Assembly (NCBI GenBank): GCA_020833345.1
Contig: JAJHQM010000002.1
Location: forward strand, 6,190 to 70,189
Length of the DNA stretch: 64,000 nt
DNA from: Ignisphaera sp.
GTDB lineage: Archaea; Thermoproteota; Thermoprotei_A; Sulfolobales; Ignisphaeraceae
Direction: 5' to 3'
The translations under genes and the position numbers were made by a program. Positions 54,634-64,000 of the stretch are shown here, piece by piece. A model generated the notes under the pieces. The model ran no database searches. It had not been told where the DNA came from and saw only the letters and a program-made list of their open reading frames with translations. Each line of letters starts with the position of its first letter. The stretch's first letter is position 1.

Positions 54634-55121
54634 TCCAAACAGCTTCTGATTTTACTCCATGTAACGTAAATGTCCTCTGGAATTACCTTTACGCCGGCGA
54701 TTACCGGCATGAAATTTGTATCGCCATTCCATCTAGGTACGACATGTATATGAAGATGTCCCTCTATACCAGCTCCTGCTGCTCTCCCTATATTTGCACC
54801 TACATTAATTCCGTGTGGATTATAGCACAGTCTAAGAGCTTTAATTACCTTAATCAAAGTTTTCATAAGGTCATTTAACTCTTCTTCTGAAAGCATTTCA
54901 ATGCTTGGTACATGTCGTATTGGCGCAACCATTACATGGCCACTGTTATAGGGATATTTATTAAGCATAGCTATACTGTGTTTAGATTTGTATATCACTA
55001 GACGTATTTTTTCATCTTGATTTGGGGCTGTACAAAAAATGCACTCATTATTATGATGTTGCGTAATGTAGGATTCTCTCCATGGAGCCCATAGTAGTCT
55101 TCTAAAATCTACTTCAAACAT
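54621..55121 (-). CDS. HIT-family nucleotide hydrolase/transferase
   Basis: Histidine triad GHLHIHVVPR. N-terminal APWRESY, as in Ap4A-phosphorylase-like HIT proteins. Confidence 0.75.
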   Translation of the reverse strand: MFEVDFRRLLWAPWRESYITQHHNNECIFCTAPNQDEKIRLVIYKSKHSIAMLNKYPYNSGHVMVAPIRHVPSIEMLSEEELNDLMKTLIKVIKALRLCYNPHGINVGANIGRAAGAGIEGHLHIHVVPRWNGDTNFMPVIAGVKVIPEDIYVTWSKIRSCLEKSD

Positions 55122-55237
55122 GCCCTTAGCACCCTACTTGCTGTAAGAAATCTTGTTAAATTGACCCTATTAAGTTTTGATCCAGCTTTTCACAGTATTA
55201 TACAATGTTCTGTGGAAAATAATGTTTCAAATCACAT

Positions 55238-56038
55238 TTAAAAACACATTGTTAGTAATACGATAATGTAGGCTGTAATGTATATTGATGTAGCTAGTGA
55301 TAGAAATGTTATCATCGGAATACCCCATGATGCTATTATTATGGTGTCGTTAGGAACATTGCTTAACTTCTCCTTCCACTCTTCATCATTCTCATATATA
55401 CTAAATGATATCCTGCTTACAAATTGCGGTATATAGACCGGATAATAAAACTTCTTTTTACGATACTCCTCTAAATACATAAATTTACAGAAAAATATGT
55501 AAAAAATTTTACTTAATGTCGGCATCTTTAATGTCTTTATCTCTTTACCGAATTTGACAATGTTGCTGAGAACATTAAAAGGTATTAAAAAAATCATGAT
55601 TACTGAATAAATTATCAAGATACATAAAGTTGGCGGTAAGAAGAGGTAAATTCGGAGCATCAAGGCACTTTCTGTGCAATTTAATGTTAATAATCTATTA
55701 AATGGGTAAAGAGCAGTAAATGATGTAATTGCGAGGAAATCAGCACCACCAACAACCTTGATAACGAAGGTCAGGATGCCAACGGCTCCTAACACTATTG
55801 ATGAGAGTACTAGTTGAAGCAATTGAAGTTGGAAAACGTTCTTGCATAGAATAGTAAAGCAGGCAGCATTATGGTGAAGATAGTACAAAACATTTACAGC
55901 AACTCCTATAGTCGTGGGTGCTATCCAAAAAATTGGCGAGATTTCTCTCCATTTCCAATCAGAGATGCCGGCAAGAGTAAAGGTTATCAACGTAGTTAAA
56001 GATATTACCACCTCGAGTAGTATCATGCCCATACCCAA
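55238..56038 (-). CDS. Prepilin/preflagellin peptidase (A24 family, PibD/FlaK-like)
   Basis: Polytopic. First Asp box LAGISDWKWREI and second VVGGADFLAI (GxGD-like). Confidence 0.55.
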   Translation of the reverse strand: MGMGMILLEVVISLTTLITFTLAGISDWKWREISPIFWIAPTTIGVAVNVLYYLHHNAACFTILCKNVFQLQLLQLVLSSIVLGAVGILTFVIKVVGGADFLAITSFTALYPFNRLLTLNCTESALMLRIYLFLPPTLCILIIYSVIMIFLIPFNVLSNIVKFGKEIKTLKMPTLSKIFYIFFCKFMYLEEYRKKKFYYPVYIPQFVSRISFSIYENDEEWKEKLSNVPNDTIIIASWGIPMITFLSLATSIYITAYIIVLLTMCF

Positions 56039-56210
56039 CTCATAATCTTAAACACTTCTTCTTATCATTCATTATAATAAAATTTACGAAGTTAAACATA
56101 TAAGATACATAAGAAGGGCTTTCTAACCTTAATCCTTCTAAGCTCTTCAAATGTCGGCTCTGTAATAGTTTTTCTTGAAATTATAAAGTACGTATAGTAT
56201 TATAATGAAG

Positions 56211-57167
56211 CTACTCCGGATCTCTTACTCCTACATCTGTAATTACAAATACTGCTTCACTCTCTGGTAGATGTGGTGCGTCAACAATTCTCGCAATTCT
56301 TCTATTACCTCTACTCTTCTTTAGTTGCACTCTTATGCCAGGTGCATGGTATAGTACATGCCCTCCGATAGCTGTTGTAGGGTCTCCATAGAATACATCA
56401 GGTCTTGCCATAACTTGATTTGTTATTACTACTGCAACATCATAAAGCTCAGCTAAAGACATTAATTGATGCAAGTGCCTATTGAGTTTTTGCTGCCTTA
56501 TAGCTAGGTTTTCACGACCAGGATATTCAGCTCTGAAATGCCCAGTTACCGAATCTACTACTACAAGTCCTATATTCTCTTTGGGTATTAAGTCTTTAAG
56601 TTCTTCAATTACAGCCATTTGATGGTCGCTATTCACTGCTCTTACGTAAAGTATGTTCTCCATGACCTTATCAGGATCAAGTCCGACGCCTCTCGCCATT
56701 GCTTCTATTCTCTCCCATCTAAAAGTTCCCTCACTATCTATGTATATGGCTTTTTTACTAAGCCCTCCTCTCTCTATTGGCAACTGAACATTTACGGCAA
56801 GTTGATGGCAAAGCTGGGTTTTACCACTACCGAATTCGCCGAAGAACTCTGTTATTGTTTTGACCTCAACACCTCCACCCAGGAGGCTGTCAAGGTTTTT
56901 ACTACCTGTTGTAATCTTTGGAAGGCTCATACGCTCCTTCTTGATCTCTAAGGCTGTTTTGAAGCTTAATCCTAGTGCCATTCTTGCTTGGGAAATAAGC
57001 TTCTGTATTGTTGGAAGAGGAATTGCAAGATTTTGGCTTAGCTCCTGCGGATTAGCTACGGCTAGGGCCTCTAATGTTGTTATACCCATTTCTTGTAACT
57101 TCTTGAGTATTGTTGTAGATATTCCGAGCTCTTCTAAACTCCGGATTTTTCTTTCGCTTTGAGTCAC
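56211..57167 (-). CDS. radA: DNA repair and recombination protein RadA
   Basis: 318 aa. N-terminal HhH region, Walker [15 protein letters not shown], Walker B LVVVDS. Confidence 0.93.
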   Translation of the reverse strand: MTQSERKIRSLEELGISTTILKKLQEMGITTLEALAVANPQELSQNLAIPLPTIQKLISQARMALGLSFKTALEIKKERMSLPKITTGSKNLDSLLGGGVEVKTITEFFGEFGSGKTQLCHQLAVNVQLPIERGGLSKKAIYIDSEGTFRWERIEAMARGVGLDPDKVMENILYVRAVNSDHQMAVIEELKDLIPKENIGLVVVDSVTGHFRAEYPGRENLAIRQQKLNRHLHQLMSLAELYDVAVVITNQVMARPDVFYGDPTTAIGGHVLYHAPGIRVQLKKSRGNRRIARIVDAPHLPESEAVFVITDVGVRDPE

Positions 57168-57505
57168 ACCTTCTCACACTCGCACTTACTATACTCTCTC
57201 AAAGAGCTAATATATTGTTATACTGGAGCCCGAAAGTATTCAAAGCACATTACACAATTATATGCAATGCCAAAATATGAAATTGTAAAAGTATGGATAG
57301 GAGTGCTCATAACTTAATTTAAATTGGGAAGAGTATTAATCCATGAGGATTAGCCAACATTACTACACTCAAAGCCTTTTCAATTTTCAGCCTCCTTCCC
57401 TTATTATTGGCAATGTTAATTGCTTTCAAATAAACATATTGTAAAGTTGAAGTTGGTCTAATTTAGCTTCAAATATGGTTGTTTGCAAAATTAAGAAAAG
57501 GTACA

Positions 57506-57524
57506 GAGCACTCTTAGAGTGCTC
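57506..57524. promoter_or_regulatory. Perfect 19-bp palindrome upstream of thrS (candidate regulator-binding site)
   Basis: GAGCACTCT T AGAGTGCTC, about 85 nt upstream of the thrS ATG, in the 430-nt radA-thrS divergent intergenic region. Confidence 0.3.
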
Positions 57525-57609
57525 AAAGTATGTTATGATTACAGCTTATTAAGTTATAGAAATAATGTTTACATGAGTTGCGTAATAACACCCTCTAGTG
57601 GTGTACATT

Positions 57610-59478
57610 ATGCGCATGCTTTTAATTCATGCTAAAGATTTTTGGTATAAAGCTAAGGAGAAAGCAGTTGATGAAGCGGATGAGCTCACGGCAGACAATG
57701 CTGAAAAAGCAATTGAAAATGTATTAGTTGTATTTACTTCTATTGAAGAATCAGATGAAAATAATATTGATGTTGTTATAGAAAAAGCTGTGAACAATAT
57801 TATTAGTGTGTTTAAAGACGTGAATGCGAGTTTTATTTTAATTTATCCATATGCTCATTTGTCGTCTTACTTAGCACGTCCTAGCATAGCTCGTGTAATT
57901 TTAAATAAATTTGCTCAAAGATTGGCAGAGGAAGTTGGTAGGGAGATTGTTTATAAAGCTCCCTTTGGCTGGTATAAAGAATTCAAACTACATTGTTATG
58001 GACATCCACTAAGCGAATTATCTAAGCAAATATCTGTTACTGAAGAGGAAAGGAAAAAAAGGATTATTGAAAAGAAGTATCTCATACTTACACCTGAAGG
58101 AGCCCTTCTAAATCCAGAGGAGTACAAGTTTGATGATCCTGAATTTAAGATTTTAGTTGAGAAAGAGGTATTTAGGAAGGAGGTAGAAGGTGGGCAGGGA
58201 AGGGTATACCAGTATCTTAAGAAATTTGGATTTGAGTGGGAAGAGCTGTCAGACAAAGGACACATGAGGTTAGAGCCGCATGCTACTATAATGTTAGAAG
58301 CTGTTACAGCGTATTCATGGCGCGTAGCTAACTCTCTTGGAATACCTGTTTTTAGAGTGAGAGGTACTAACATGTTTAACTTACAAGCAGAACCTGTAAA
58401 ACAACATGCAGAATTGTTTGGAGAAAGAATGTATGAGATTAAAATGGATAGTGAGAGATTTGTACTAAGGTTTGCAGCATGCTATCAGCAGTTTTCCATA
58501 CTAAAGGATTGGATCCTTAGTTATAAAGACTTGCCACTAGGCATGTTTGAAGTGGCTGATAGCTATAGGTATGAACAAAGTGGAGAGCTAGTACTAGGAT
58601 TTAGATTAAGAAGATTTCACATGCCGGATTTACACATTCTTACAAAGGATTTAGAGGACGCAAAGGCTATAGCTTTAAAAGTTCGGGAGAAAATTGTTGA
58701 AGAAGCAAAAAAAGTGGGGCGGGAGTACTTAGCAATATATAATGTTGCTGAAGACTTCCTTAACACTAACTTTAACTATATAGTAGAGCTTGTGAGAAAT
58801 GAAGGTAAACCAGTTCTTTTAGTCGTCTATCCTTCAGGGATATACTACTGGGTCATAAATGTAGAGTACGTGATAATAGACGAACTTAACAGGCCTAGGG
58901 AAATAGCAACATGGCAAATAGATGTAGGAAATGCTCAAAGATTTAATATAAAGTATGTAGATGAGAAAGGTAATGAAAAGTACCCAGTAATAGTGCACAC
59001 TGCAATATTAGGGTCTATAGAGAGGTACATATACATGGTGTTTGATACACTAGCCAAAAATGAAAGGCATGGGGTCTCACCAACTTTACCATTATGGCTT
59101 TCACCAATTCAAGTTAGAATAATACCTGTAGCTCAAGAGCACTTAGACTACGCTATCAAAGTGGCGCAAGCTTTGCTAAGTAAAGGTTTTCGTGTAGATG
59201 TTGATGATAGGAACGAAGGGTTAGGTAAGAAGATTAGGGATGCTGGCATAGAATGGATACCATACGTTGTGGTGATTGGAACGCATGAAATTAAAACAAA
59301 CACATTAAATGTTAGAATTAGAAGTAAGGGAATACAGAAGGTGATGCCATTAGATGAGCTTATATCACTACTTGAAACAGAAGTTGAGGGGTATCCCAAA
59401 GTGGAAATGGCTATGCCAATGCTATTAAGTAAAAGACCTGCATTGAGTTATATACAGCAACTAAAAAGCCCACACTAA
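57610..59478 (+). CDS. thrS: Threonyl-tRNA synthetase, full length with archaeal N-terminal editing domain
   Basis: MRMLLIHAKDFWYKAKEKA...YPYAHLSS...APFGWYKEFKLHCYGHPLSELS matches the archaeal ThrRS editing domain. Followed by a class II catalytic core and an anticodon-binding domain. Confidence 0.9.
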   Translation: MRMLLIHAKDFWYKAKEKAVDEADELTADNAEKAIENVLVVFTSIEESDENNIDVVIEKAVNNIISVFKDVNASFILIYPYAHLSSYLARPSIARVILNKFAQRLAEEVGREIVYKAPFGWYKEFKLHCYGHPLSELSKQISVTEEERKKRIIEKKYLILTPEGALLNPEEYKFDDPEFKILVEKEVFRKEVEGGQGRVYQYLKKFGFEWEELSDKGHMRLEPHATIMLEAVTAYSWRVANSLGIPVFRVRGTNMFNLQAEPVKQHAELFGERMYEIKMDSERFVLRFAACYQQFSILKDWILSYKDLPLGMFEVADSYRYEQSGELVLGFRLRRFHMPDLHILTKDLEDAKAIALKVREKIVEEAKKVGREYLAIYNVAEDFLNTNFNYIVELVRNEGKPVLLVVYPSGIYYWVINVEYVIIDELNRPREIATWQIDVGNAQRFNIKYVDEKGNEKYPVIVHTAILGSIERYIYMVFDTLAKNERHGVSPTLPLWLSPIQVRIIPVAQEHLDYAIKVAQALLSKGFRVDVDDRNEGLGKKIRDAGIEWIPYVVVIGTHEIKTNTLNVRIRSKGIQKVMPLDELISLLETEVEGYPKVEMAMPMLLSKRPALSYIQQLKSPH

Positions 59479-59485
59479 AACCTTG

Positions 59486-59554
59486 GCAAATGATGAGCTG
59501 TCGCCTAGGCTGAACGATTTGAATTAGATGATGATATGAACCTCCACTGATGAA
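59486..59554 (+). ncRNA. Candidate C/D-box sRNA
   Basis: C ATGATGA (59490-59496), 13 nt, D' CTGA (59510-59513), 14 nt, C' ATGATGA (59528-59534), 12 nt, D CTGA (59547-59550). Fills the thrS-mvk gap. Confidence 0.6.
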
Positions 59555-59568
59555 TTTGGTGCTAACCT

Positions 59569-60585
59569 TTGTATTTAATTAAAGTGCCTTTGAAGGTTAC
59601 TTTATTTGGTGAATATGCTGTTGTTTTTGGCAAGCCCGCAATAGCATCAACGTTACCTACACACATAATAATGAAGATAAACAAATACAAAGATAAAGAC
59701 CTTATACATGTAAACCTTAGTAGTATTTCAATACCTCTTCTTAGTGTATCAATCGATAAAGAAAGTCTAAAGCCTGCAAGAGTGTTAGTTAGTGAGCCTG
59801 AAGTAGAGAGATTGCTACAATATATTGTAAAAGCAATACATCTATGTGAGAATGAATTAAAGCCTGGAACACTGTTAGGTTTCGATATAGAGATTCAGAG
59901 CCCAGTTCCGCCAGGTGTAGGCCTAGGTACATCAGCAGCTGTTTCAGTTGGTTCTGTTGCAGCATGTCTGGCTACCTATATTGGTGATAAGTATGTGGAT
60001 AAGAATCTTATAGCAAAAATTGCATGGAAAACAGAACAGATTGTACAAGGTGCTGCAAGTCCCATGGATACATATACGATAACATTTGGCGGTCTAAGAT
60101 ACATTGAACCATCAATCCCCAAAGCAGAACCACTGTCAGTTCCCCAAAAGCTGCCATTATTGATAGGCTACACATTGAAGAGATTTACAACAGCAGAGCT
60201 AATAGGATATGTTAAGAAGAAACTGTCTATGTTACCTACAGTTGTTAACAAGGTTATAGATGCTATAGGCACTATAGTAGAAAAAGCAAGGCAATCAATT
60301 TTAAGTGGCGATATACAGTCACTTGGCATGTTAATGAATATAAATCATGGCCTCTTAGACTCGCTGGGCGTTGTTTCAAGTGATCATCACATCATAGTAA
60401 ATGCTCTTAGAAGTATTGGAGCTTTAGGTGCAAAAACATCTGGTGCTGGCGGTGGCGGTGCATTTATAGCTTTAGCAAAAGATGAAGCTGAGCTAAGTGT
60501 ACTTAGCAAGGTTTTAGAAGCTTTAGGTGCAAGAATTGTAGCCTTTGAACTGGGATCAAGCGGCATTGAGGTTTCACAGATTTGA
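59569..60585 (+). CDS. mvk: Mevalonate kinase
   Basis: KVTLFGEYAVVFGKPAIA, GHMP motif PPGVGLGTSAAVSV, GAKTSGAGGGGAFIAL. Confidence 0.82.
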   Translation: MYLIKVPLKVTLFGEYAVVFGKPAIASTLPTHIIMKINKYKDKDLIHVNLSSISIPLLSVSIDKESLKPARVLVSEPEVERLLQYIVKAIHLCENELKPGTLLGFDIEIQSPVPPGVGLGTSAAVSVGSVAACLATYIGDKYVDKNLIAKIAWKTEQIVQGAASPMDTYTITFGGLRYIEPSIPKAEPLSVPQKLPLLIGYTLKRFTTAELIGYVKKKLSMLPTVVNKVIDAIGTIVEKARQSILSGDIQSLGMLMNINHGLLDSLGVVSSDHHIIVNALRSIGALGAKTSGAGGGGAFIALAKDEAELSVLSKVLEALGARIVAFELGSSGIEVSQI

Positions 60586-60594
60586 ATTGCTTCT

Positions 60595-61302
60595 GTGATT
60601 GCAGTGACTAGTTACATACTATTAGGAGATATGCTAGAGCATTTGTTTAAATATAAAAAGATGAGCAAAGATAACATAGCGTTTTTGAGATACCAAGACA
60701 GATTAACACTTGATAAAGTTATAGTAATTGGTGAAGAGAGAAGCTGCTTGAGGATAGAAGGAAATGAAGTAATTCTTTTAAAACCCATAGAATTCCTTTT
60801 GTTATTGGAGGAGCTTACAACTATCGATGCAGAGAGGCTTGCTAGGCATATAGAATGGAGCGACTTTGAAAGGTATGTAGCTGAAAAACTAAGGCTCATG
60901 GGATTTGACTACATATCCAGCTACAAACATAACAGAATAATGAGGTTTCAAATAGATGTTTTGGCACTTGATTTAGTAGGTAAAGTAGGTTACATTGTAG
61001 AGTGCAAACATTGGAGGAAAATAATTAGTTCTTCTCAAATTCGCCAAATTGTAAAGGATCATACAACTAGAGTTGAAAAATTTCTAAAAAGTTGCGAATG
61101 GGTTTCCATGGAAGTCTCCGCCATTCGTAAAGTTAAGTACTTTATACCATTAATCCTCACACTTTATGCGCAAAAAGTTTACATCTATAATGGAGTTCCA
61201 ATAGTGGCGTTGAGATTTTTAGAAGAATTTCTTGCAAAGGCTGATACATATGCAGATGTATTAGAAGTGAGAAAGTATGTTAACAGATGTTATGTTTCAT
61301 GA
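60595..61302 (+). CDS. PD-(D/E)xK nuclease-fold protein (Mrr/restriction-endonuclease-like catalytic domain)
   Basis: FERYVAEKLRLMGF..., then IDVLALD...GYIVECKHWRK (D...ExK). N-terminal region unassigned. Confidence 0.45.
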   Translation: MIAVTSYILLGDMLEHLFKYKKMSKDNIAFLRYQDRLTLDKVIVIGEERSCLRIEGNEVILLKPIEFLLLLEELTTIDAERLARHIEWSDFERYVAEKLRLMGFDYISSYKHNRIMRFQIDVLALDLVGKVGYIVECKHWRKIISSSQIRQIVKDHTTRVEKFLKSCEWVSMEVSAIRKVKYFIPLILTLYAQKVYIYNGVPIVALRFLEEFLAKADTYADVLEVRKYVNRCYVS

Positions 61303-62205
61303 CTACTTATAAAACAGTATTGAAGCATAGCCAACTGCAATATCTTCATCACCTGTAACCTCTGCAGAGTTATAGTACCTCAAGAGCTTTACCTTTCCTC
61401 CAAAGAGTTTTGCATACTCCATAGCAATAGCAATAGCCCCAGCACCACATACTGTAGCGTCATATTTTCTTACTAATGAGAGAAACTTTTTTGTGTCAAG
61501 CTCTAGTATAGCATTTATGAACTCCATATCAAGTTTCTTGACGTTACTTGAAATATTTGAAGTGAACAAGACATAGCCGTAAATTGAACCGTGGTGGGTG
61601 AAGTCTGAGGATGCTATAATAACGGTGTCCCTGCCCAATAAGGTTACGGCATTTTTTAAAGCTCTAGCAAATTCCTCAGCTTGTCTGTAATCAAGCGATT
61701 TAACAACTATTGGCACAATCTTAAATGTTTCATTATAGATAAACTGTAAGAATGGTAATTGCACTTCAAGTGAGTGTTCACGTATGTGTGCTAGGGCATC
61801 ATCATCTAAATCTCTGTACTCTTTCTTTAGGTGGTCTATGAGCTCTAGATCAACTTCTACACGACCTAGAGGAGTTAACCATGTAGAAAAATATGTCGTT
61901 GTAGTTATTGTCCCTCCAAACCCTGTATGATTTGTGCCAATTAAAATGACTGTACCAACTTGAGGCTTATTTTCAGCTATTTCCTTATAAAGCCATGCTG
62001 CACAAGAGCCAGAGTAACTATAACCTGCATGGGGAGCTACACCTCCTATTATTTGAATTAAGGGAGGTCTCTTTTCAGGTAATGCGCCAGGTCCAAAGGT
62101 AGCGTTCTTAAACGCTTGTTCAAGCTCCTTTAACAGCTCATCACGTCTAAATGAGTAAAACCCCCATAAAGCGGCCTGGGGTTCCCTGATACCTGCTGAG
62201 TTCAT
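61303..62205 (-). CDS. MEMO1 / AmmeMemoRadiSam system protein B family
   Basis: GGVAPHAGYSYSGSCAAW, SSDFTHHG. 300 aa. Confidence 0.8.
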   Translation of the reverse strand: MNSAGIREPQAALWGFYSFRRDELLKELEQAFKNATFGPGALPEKRPPLIQIIGGVAPHAGYSYSGSCAAWLYKEIAENKPQVGTVILIGTNHTGFGGTITTTTYFSTWLTPLGRVEVDLELIDHLKKEYRDLDDDALAHIREHSLEVQLPFLQFIYNETFKIVPIVVKSLDYRQAEEFARALKNAVTLLGRDTVIIASSDFTHHGSIYGYVLFTSNISSNVKKLDMEFINAILELDTKKFLSLVRKYDATVCGAGAIAIAMEYAKLFGGKVKLLRYYNSAEVTGDEDIAVGYASILFYK

Positions 62206-62250
62206 GAATTACACCTACATATTTCACAACTTTAACACTCTATAACATAT

Positions 62251-63075
62251 TTAGCTTTGTAGCATATTTAGCTTATCTAAATCCTCTTTGCTTAATCTCA
62301 AATCTATAGCTTTACTATTTTCAACTATATGCTCAACTTTCTCACTTTTTGTAAGTGCGATTACATTTGGTTTTGCAATTACAAAACTTAAAGCTACCTG
62401 TGCAGGTGTGCTATTGTATTTGCTGGCTATTTGAAGAATTGCTGGATTCCTTAAAACTACTCCTTTCTCTAGCGTTGTACAAGCTTGAATAGTGATTCCT
62501 GTTTTTATTGCAAAGGGTATCAAATCTTTTTCAATTTTTCTATTTAGCACACTATACCTGCTTTGAATCATAACGATATCGTACTTTTGTAGCATATGCA
62601 AGATATCATTGATTTGCTTTATGGTAAAACCACTTAACCCTATGTACCTAGCCAGGCCTTTACTAGCTATATTCTCAAGTGCTTTTACTTCAATATTTAG
62701 TGGTATAAGATCTGCAGATCCCGCAGGCATTATCACATCAACAAAGCTTGTACTCATTCTTTTTAACATTTGTTCAAATTTCGTAATAGCATTAATTGGA
62801 TCAGATAATATTATGGGTGAAATTCTAAACACTATGAATACTTCATCTCTCTTAACCTTTGCTAGAACTTTCTTGATTAAATCCATGCTTAAACCAAGGG
62901 CATAGCTATCTGATACCTCAATAACGTTTAAACCCAGCTCTATAGCTTTAATCAAGGCTTTTTCAGCTGATGTAAAATCCTTAATGTTATGAGTGCCAAA
63001 ACCTAAAACGGCTATACTTTCATTTGTTTTTCCAAGAGGCTTCTTATTAGCATAATTCAATGCAATACTAGACAT
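62251..63075 (-). CDS. Aldo/keto reductase family oxidoreductase
   Basis: 274 aa. LGFGTHNI..., IGLSGF, TIM-barrel-sized. Confidence 0.6.
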   Translation of the reverse strand: MSSIALNYANKKPLGKTNESIAVLGFGTHNIKDFTSAEKALIKAIELGLNVIEVSDSYALGLSMDLIKKVLAKVKRDEVFIVFRISPIILSDPINAITKFEQMLKRMSTSFVDVIMPAGSADLIPLNIEVKALENIASKGLARYIGLSGFTIKQINDILHMLQKYDIVMIQSRYSVLNRKIEKDLIPFAIKTGITIQACTTLEKGVVLRNPAILQIASKYNSTPAQVALSFVIAKPNVIALTKSEKVEHIVENSKAIDLRLSKEDLDKLNMLQS

Positions 63076-63151
63076 AAGACCTCACAAACAATAATTCATT
63101 ACTACATATACGTAAATTTGCTCAATAATTCAATTACCTTTATACCTAGTT

Positions 63152-63502
63152 TTATATGTCAATCGGAAGCAGTATTTTGTAATGAAATCTTTTAAGAATT
63201 GAAGTTGGATATATGGGAATTTTAATTTTAATATGTGACTTAGCACCTCCATGTGCAAGCGGATAGACCTCAATTTCGCTGCAACTTGGCGGCACCTCTT
63301 CATCAAGATAGAGTATCTTGTCATTACATACTACAAGTGTTTCACTTGCATCAACATTTATGTTCAATTGGCTGAATACTTCTTTGATTATGTAACTCAC
63401 TTTTGCATTTTCATTATGTAATTGAATACTTATTGTTGTTAGTTGGGGCAACCCTCTAAAGCCTATAAGTTTAACTTTGATCAGCATCATATCATTACTC
63501 AC
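63152..63502 (-). CDS. MoaD/ThiS-like beta-grasp protein with internal GG and 30-residue C-terminal extension
   Basis: MLIKVKLIGF...SEIEVYPLAHGG (GG at residues 85-86), then AKSHIKIKIPIYPTSILKRFHYKILLPIDI before the stop. Confidence 0.45.
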   Translation of the reverse strand: MSNDMMLIKVKLIGFRGLPQLTTISIQLHNENAKVSYIIKEVFSQLNINVDASETLVVCNDKILYLDEEVPPSCSEIEVYPLAHGGAKSHIKIKIPIYPTSILKRFHYKILLPIDI

Positions 63503-63511
63503 CTTCCCTCA

Positions 63512-64000
63512 TTACAATTTACTAAGATATGTGAGTATTGTCCACGCATATTCATAGATAGTTCTTTTATGTACTTTTATGGGCTTTGTTACAAGTGGTT
63601 TTGTATTCTTTAATACAATACCCAATCTTTTATCGTAAAAATTCTGCAACTTCTTCAGAACCTGCATTTCACTTTCATTAAGAGCTGTTTTATGTAATTC
63701 TACAGCTATTGCAAAATCTATGACATGTCTTCTTGACTTATGCAGTTCTAGAATTGAAATGGGAATACCGTGAATTGCCATTTCCGTTAAATCTACAGAA
63801 AGAATTAGGTTTGGGCACTCCAATAAAATCTTCTCAATGATTCTATTCACTCTTCCTACATTCTTAACATACAGTATTGCAGTTGAGTCGCAGTCTTCAG
63901 TAATATAACTGTAAGATTCTATTATAAACATGTCCTTATAGCCATAGAGAAGATTTCCGCCTGGCTCTACAAGTTTATGTAATGTAGTATCAGAAATCAA
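63512..64000 (-). CDS. Hypothetical protein, probably truncated by the right window edge
   Basis: Open frame to position 64000; no family recognised. Confidence 0.3.
   Translation of the reverse strand: MISDTTLHKLVEPGGNLLYGYKDMFIIESYSYITEDCDSTAILYVKNVGRVNRIIEKILLECPNLILSVDLTEMAIHGIPISILELHKSRRHVIDFAIAVELHKTALNESEMQVLKKLQNFYDKRLGIVLKNTKPLVTKPIKVHKRTIYEYAWTILTYLSKL

Noticed and set aside
63130-63324. 64-aa ORF overlapping the 3' part of the beta-grasp gene in another frame.
   Set aside because: It is fully nested in the 63152-63502 ORF region with no supporting motif. It was considered only as a possible sign of a frameshift, which I cannot demonstrate.

Overview
This 64-kb window is AT-rich and its tRNA genes are strikingly GC-rich. 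It has archaeal gene content: Orc1/Cdc6, two PCNA paralogues, PriS, Rpo13, RadA, RtcB, Cbf5/Nop10, L7Ae-type C/D-box sRNA candidates, and e-type ribosomal proteins. I read it as a chromosomal segment of a hyperthermophilic crenarchaeon (Thermoproteota, Desulfurococcales/Sulfolobales-like). All calls come from reading the sequence and the ORF track by eye. No database search was run, and most start codons are uncertain by a few codons.

Content:
- A long spc-like ribosomal protein cluster running L22 to L15, then SecY, L34e and Cmk.
- A displaced L3-L4-L23 block, with S19-L2 on the opposite strand in swapped order.
- A replication/translation cluster: Rpo13, PCNA, AbrB, PCNA, PriS, a GINS-like ORF, L44e, S27e, aIF2-alpha, Nop10.
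- Five tRNAs: Ala-CGC, Arg-GCG, Gln-TTG, Arg-CCG, Ser-TGA.
- Metabolic genes: AhcY, Prs, H+-PPase, GT35 phosphorylase, GalT/GalK, Mvk, ThrRS.
- tRNA-modification genes: Trm11, Trm5, RNase Z, and an ArcS-like domain protein.

Most notable observations:
1. cbf5 is interrupted by a 37-nt element that folds into a near-canonical bulge-helix-bulge motif. Its predicted splicing converts a genomic Glu codon into the catalytic Asp codon.
2. A roughly 7-kb accessory block between rpl23 and rpo13 is bracketed by direct copies of a TnpB 3'-end/omega-RNA-like repeat, with a third copy next to a tRNA-Arg. The block carries an Lhr-like helicase and a three-gene membrane operon whose architecture resembles the Ced/VirB2-VirB6-like archaeal DNA-import system.
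3. There are four reasonable C/D-box sRNA candidates and one weak one.
4. Two GC-rich structured elements have unknown identity.
5. L34e and Cmk lack any canonical start codon ahead of their conserved N-termini.
6. Two MoaD/ThiS-like proteins have a Gly-Gly that is not C-terminal.

No CRISPR array or rRNA gene was seen.
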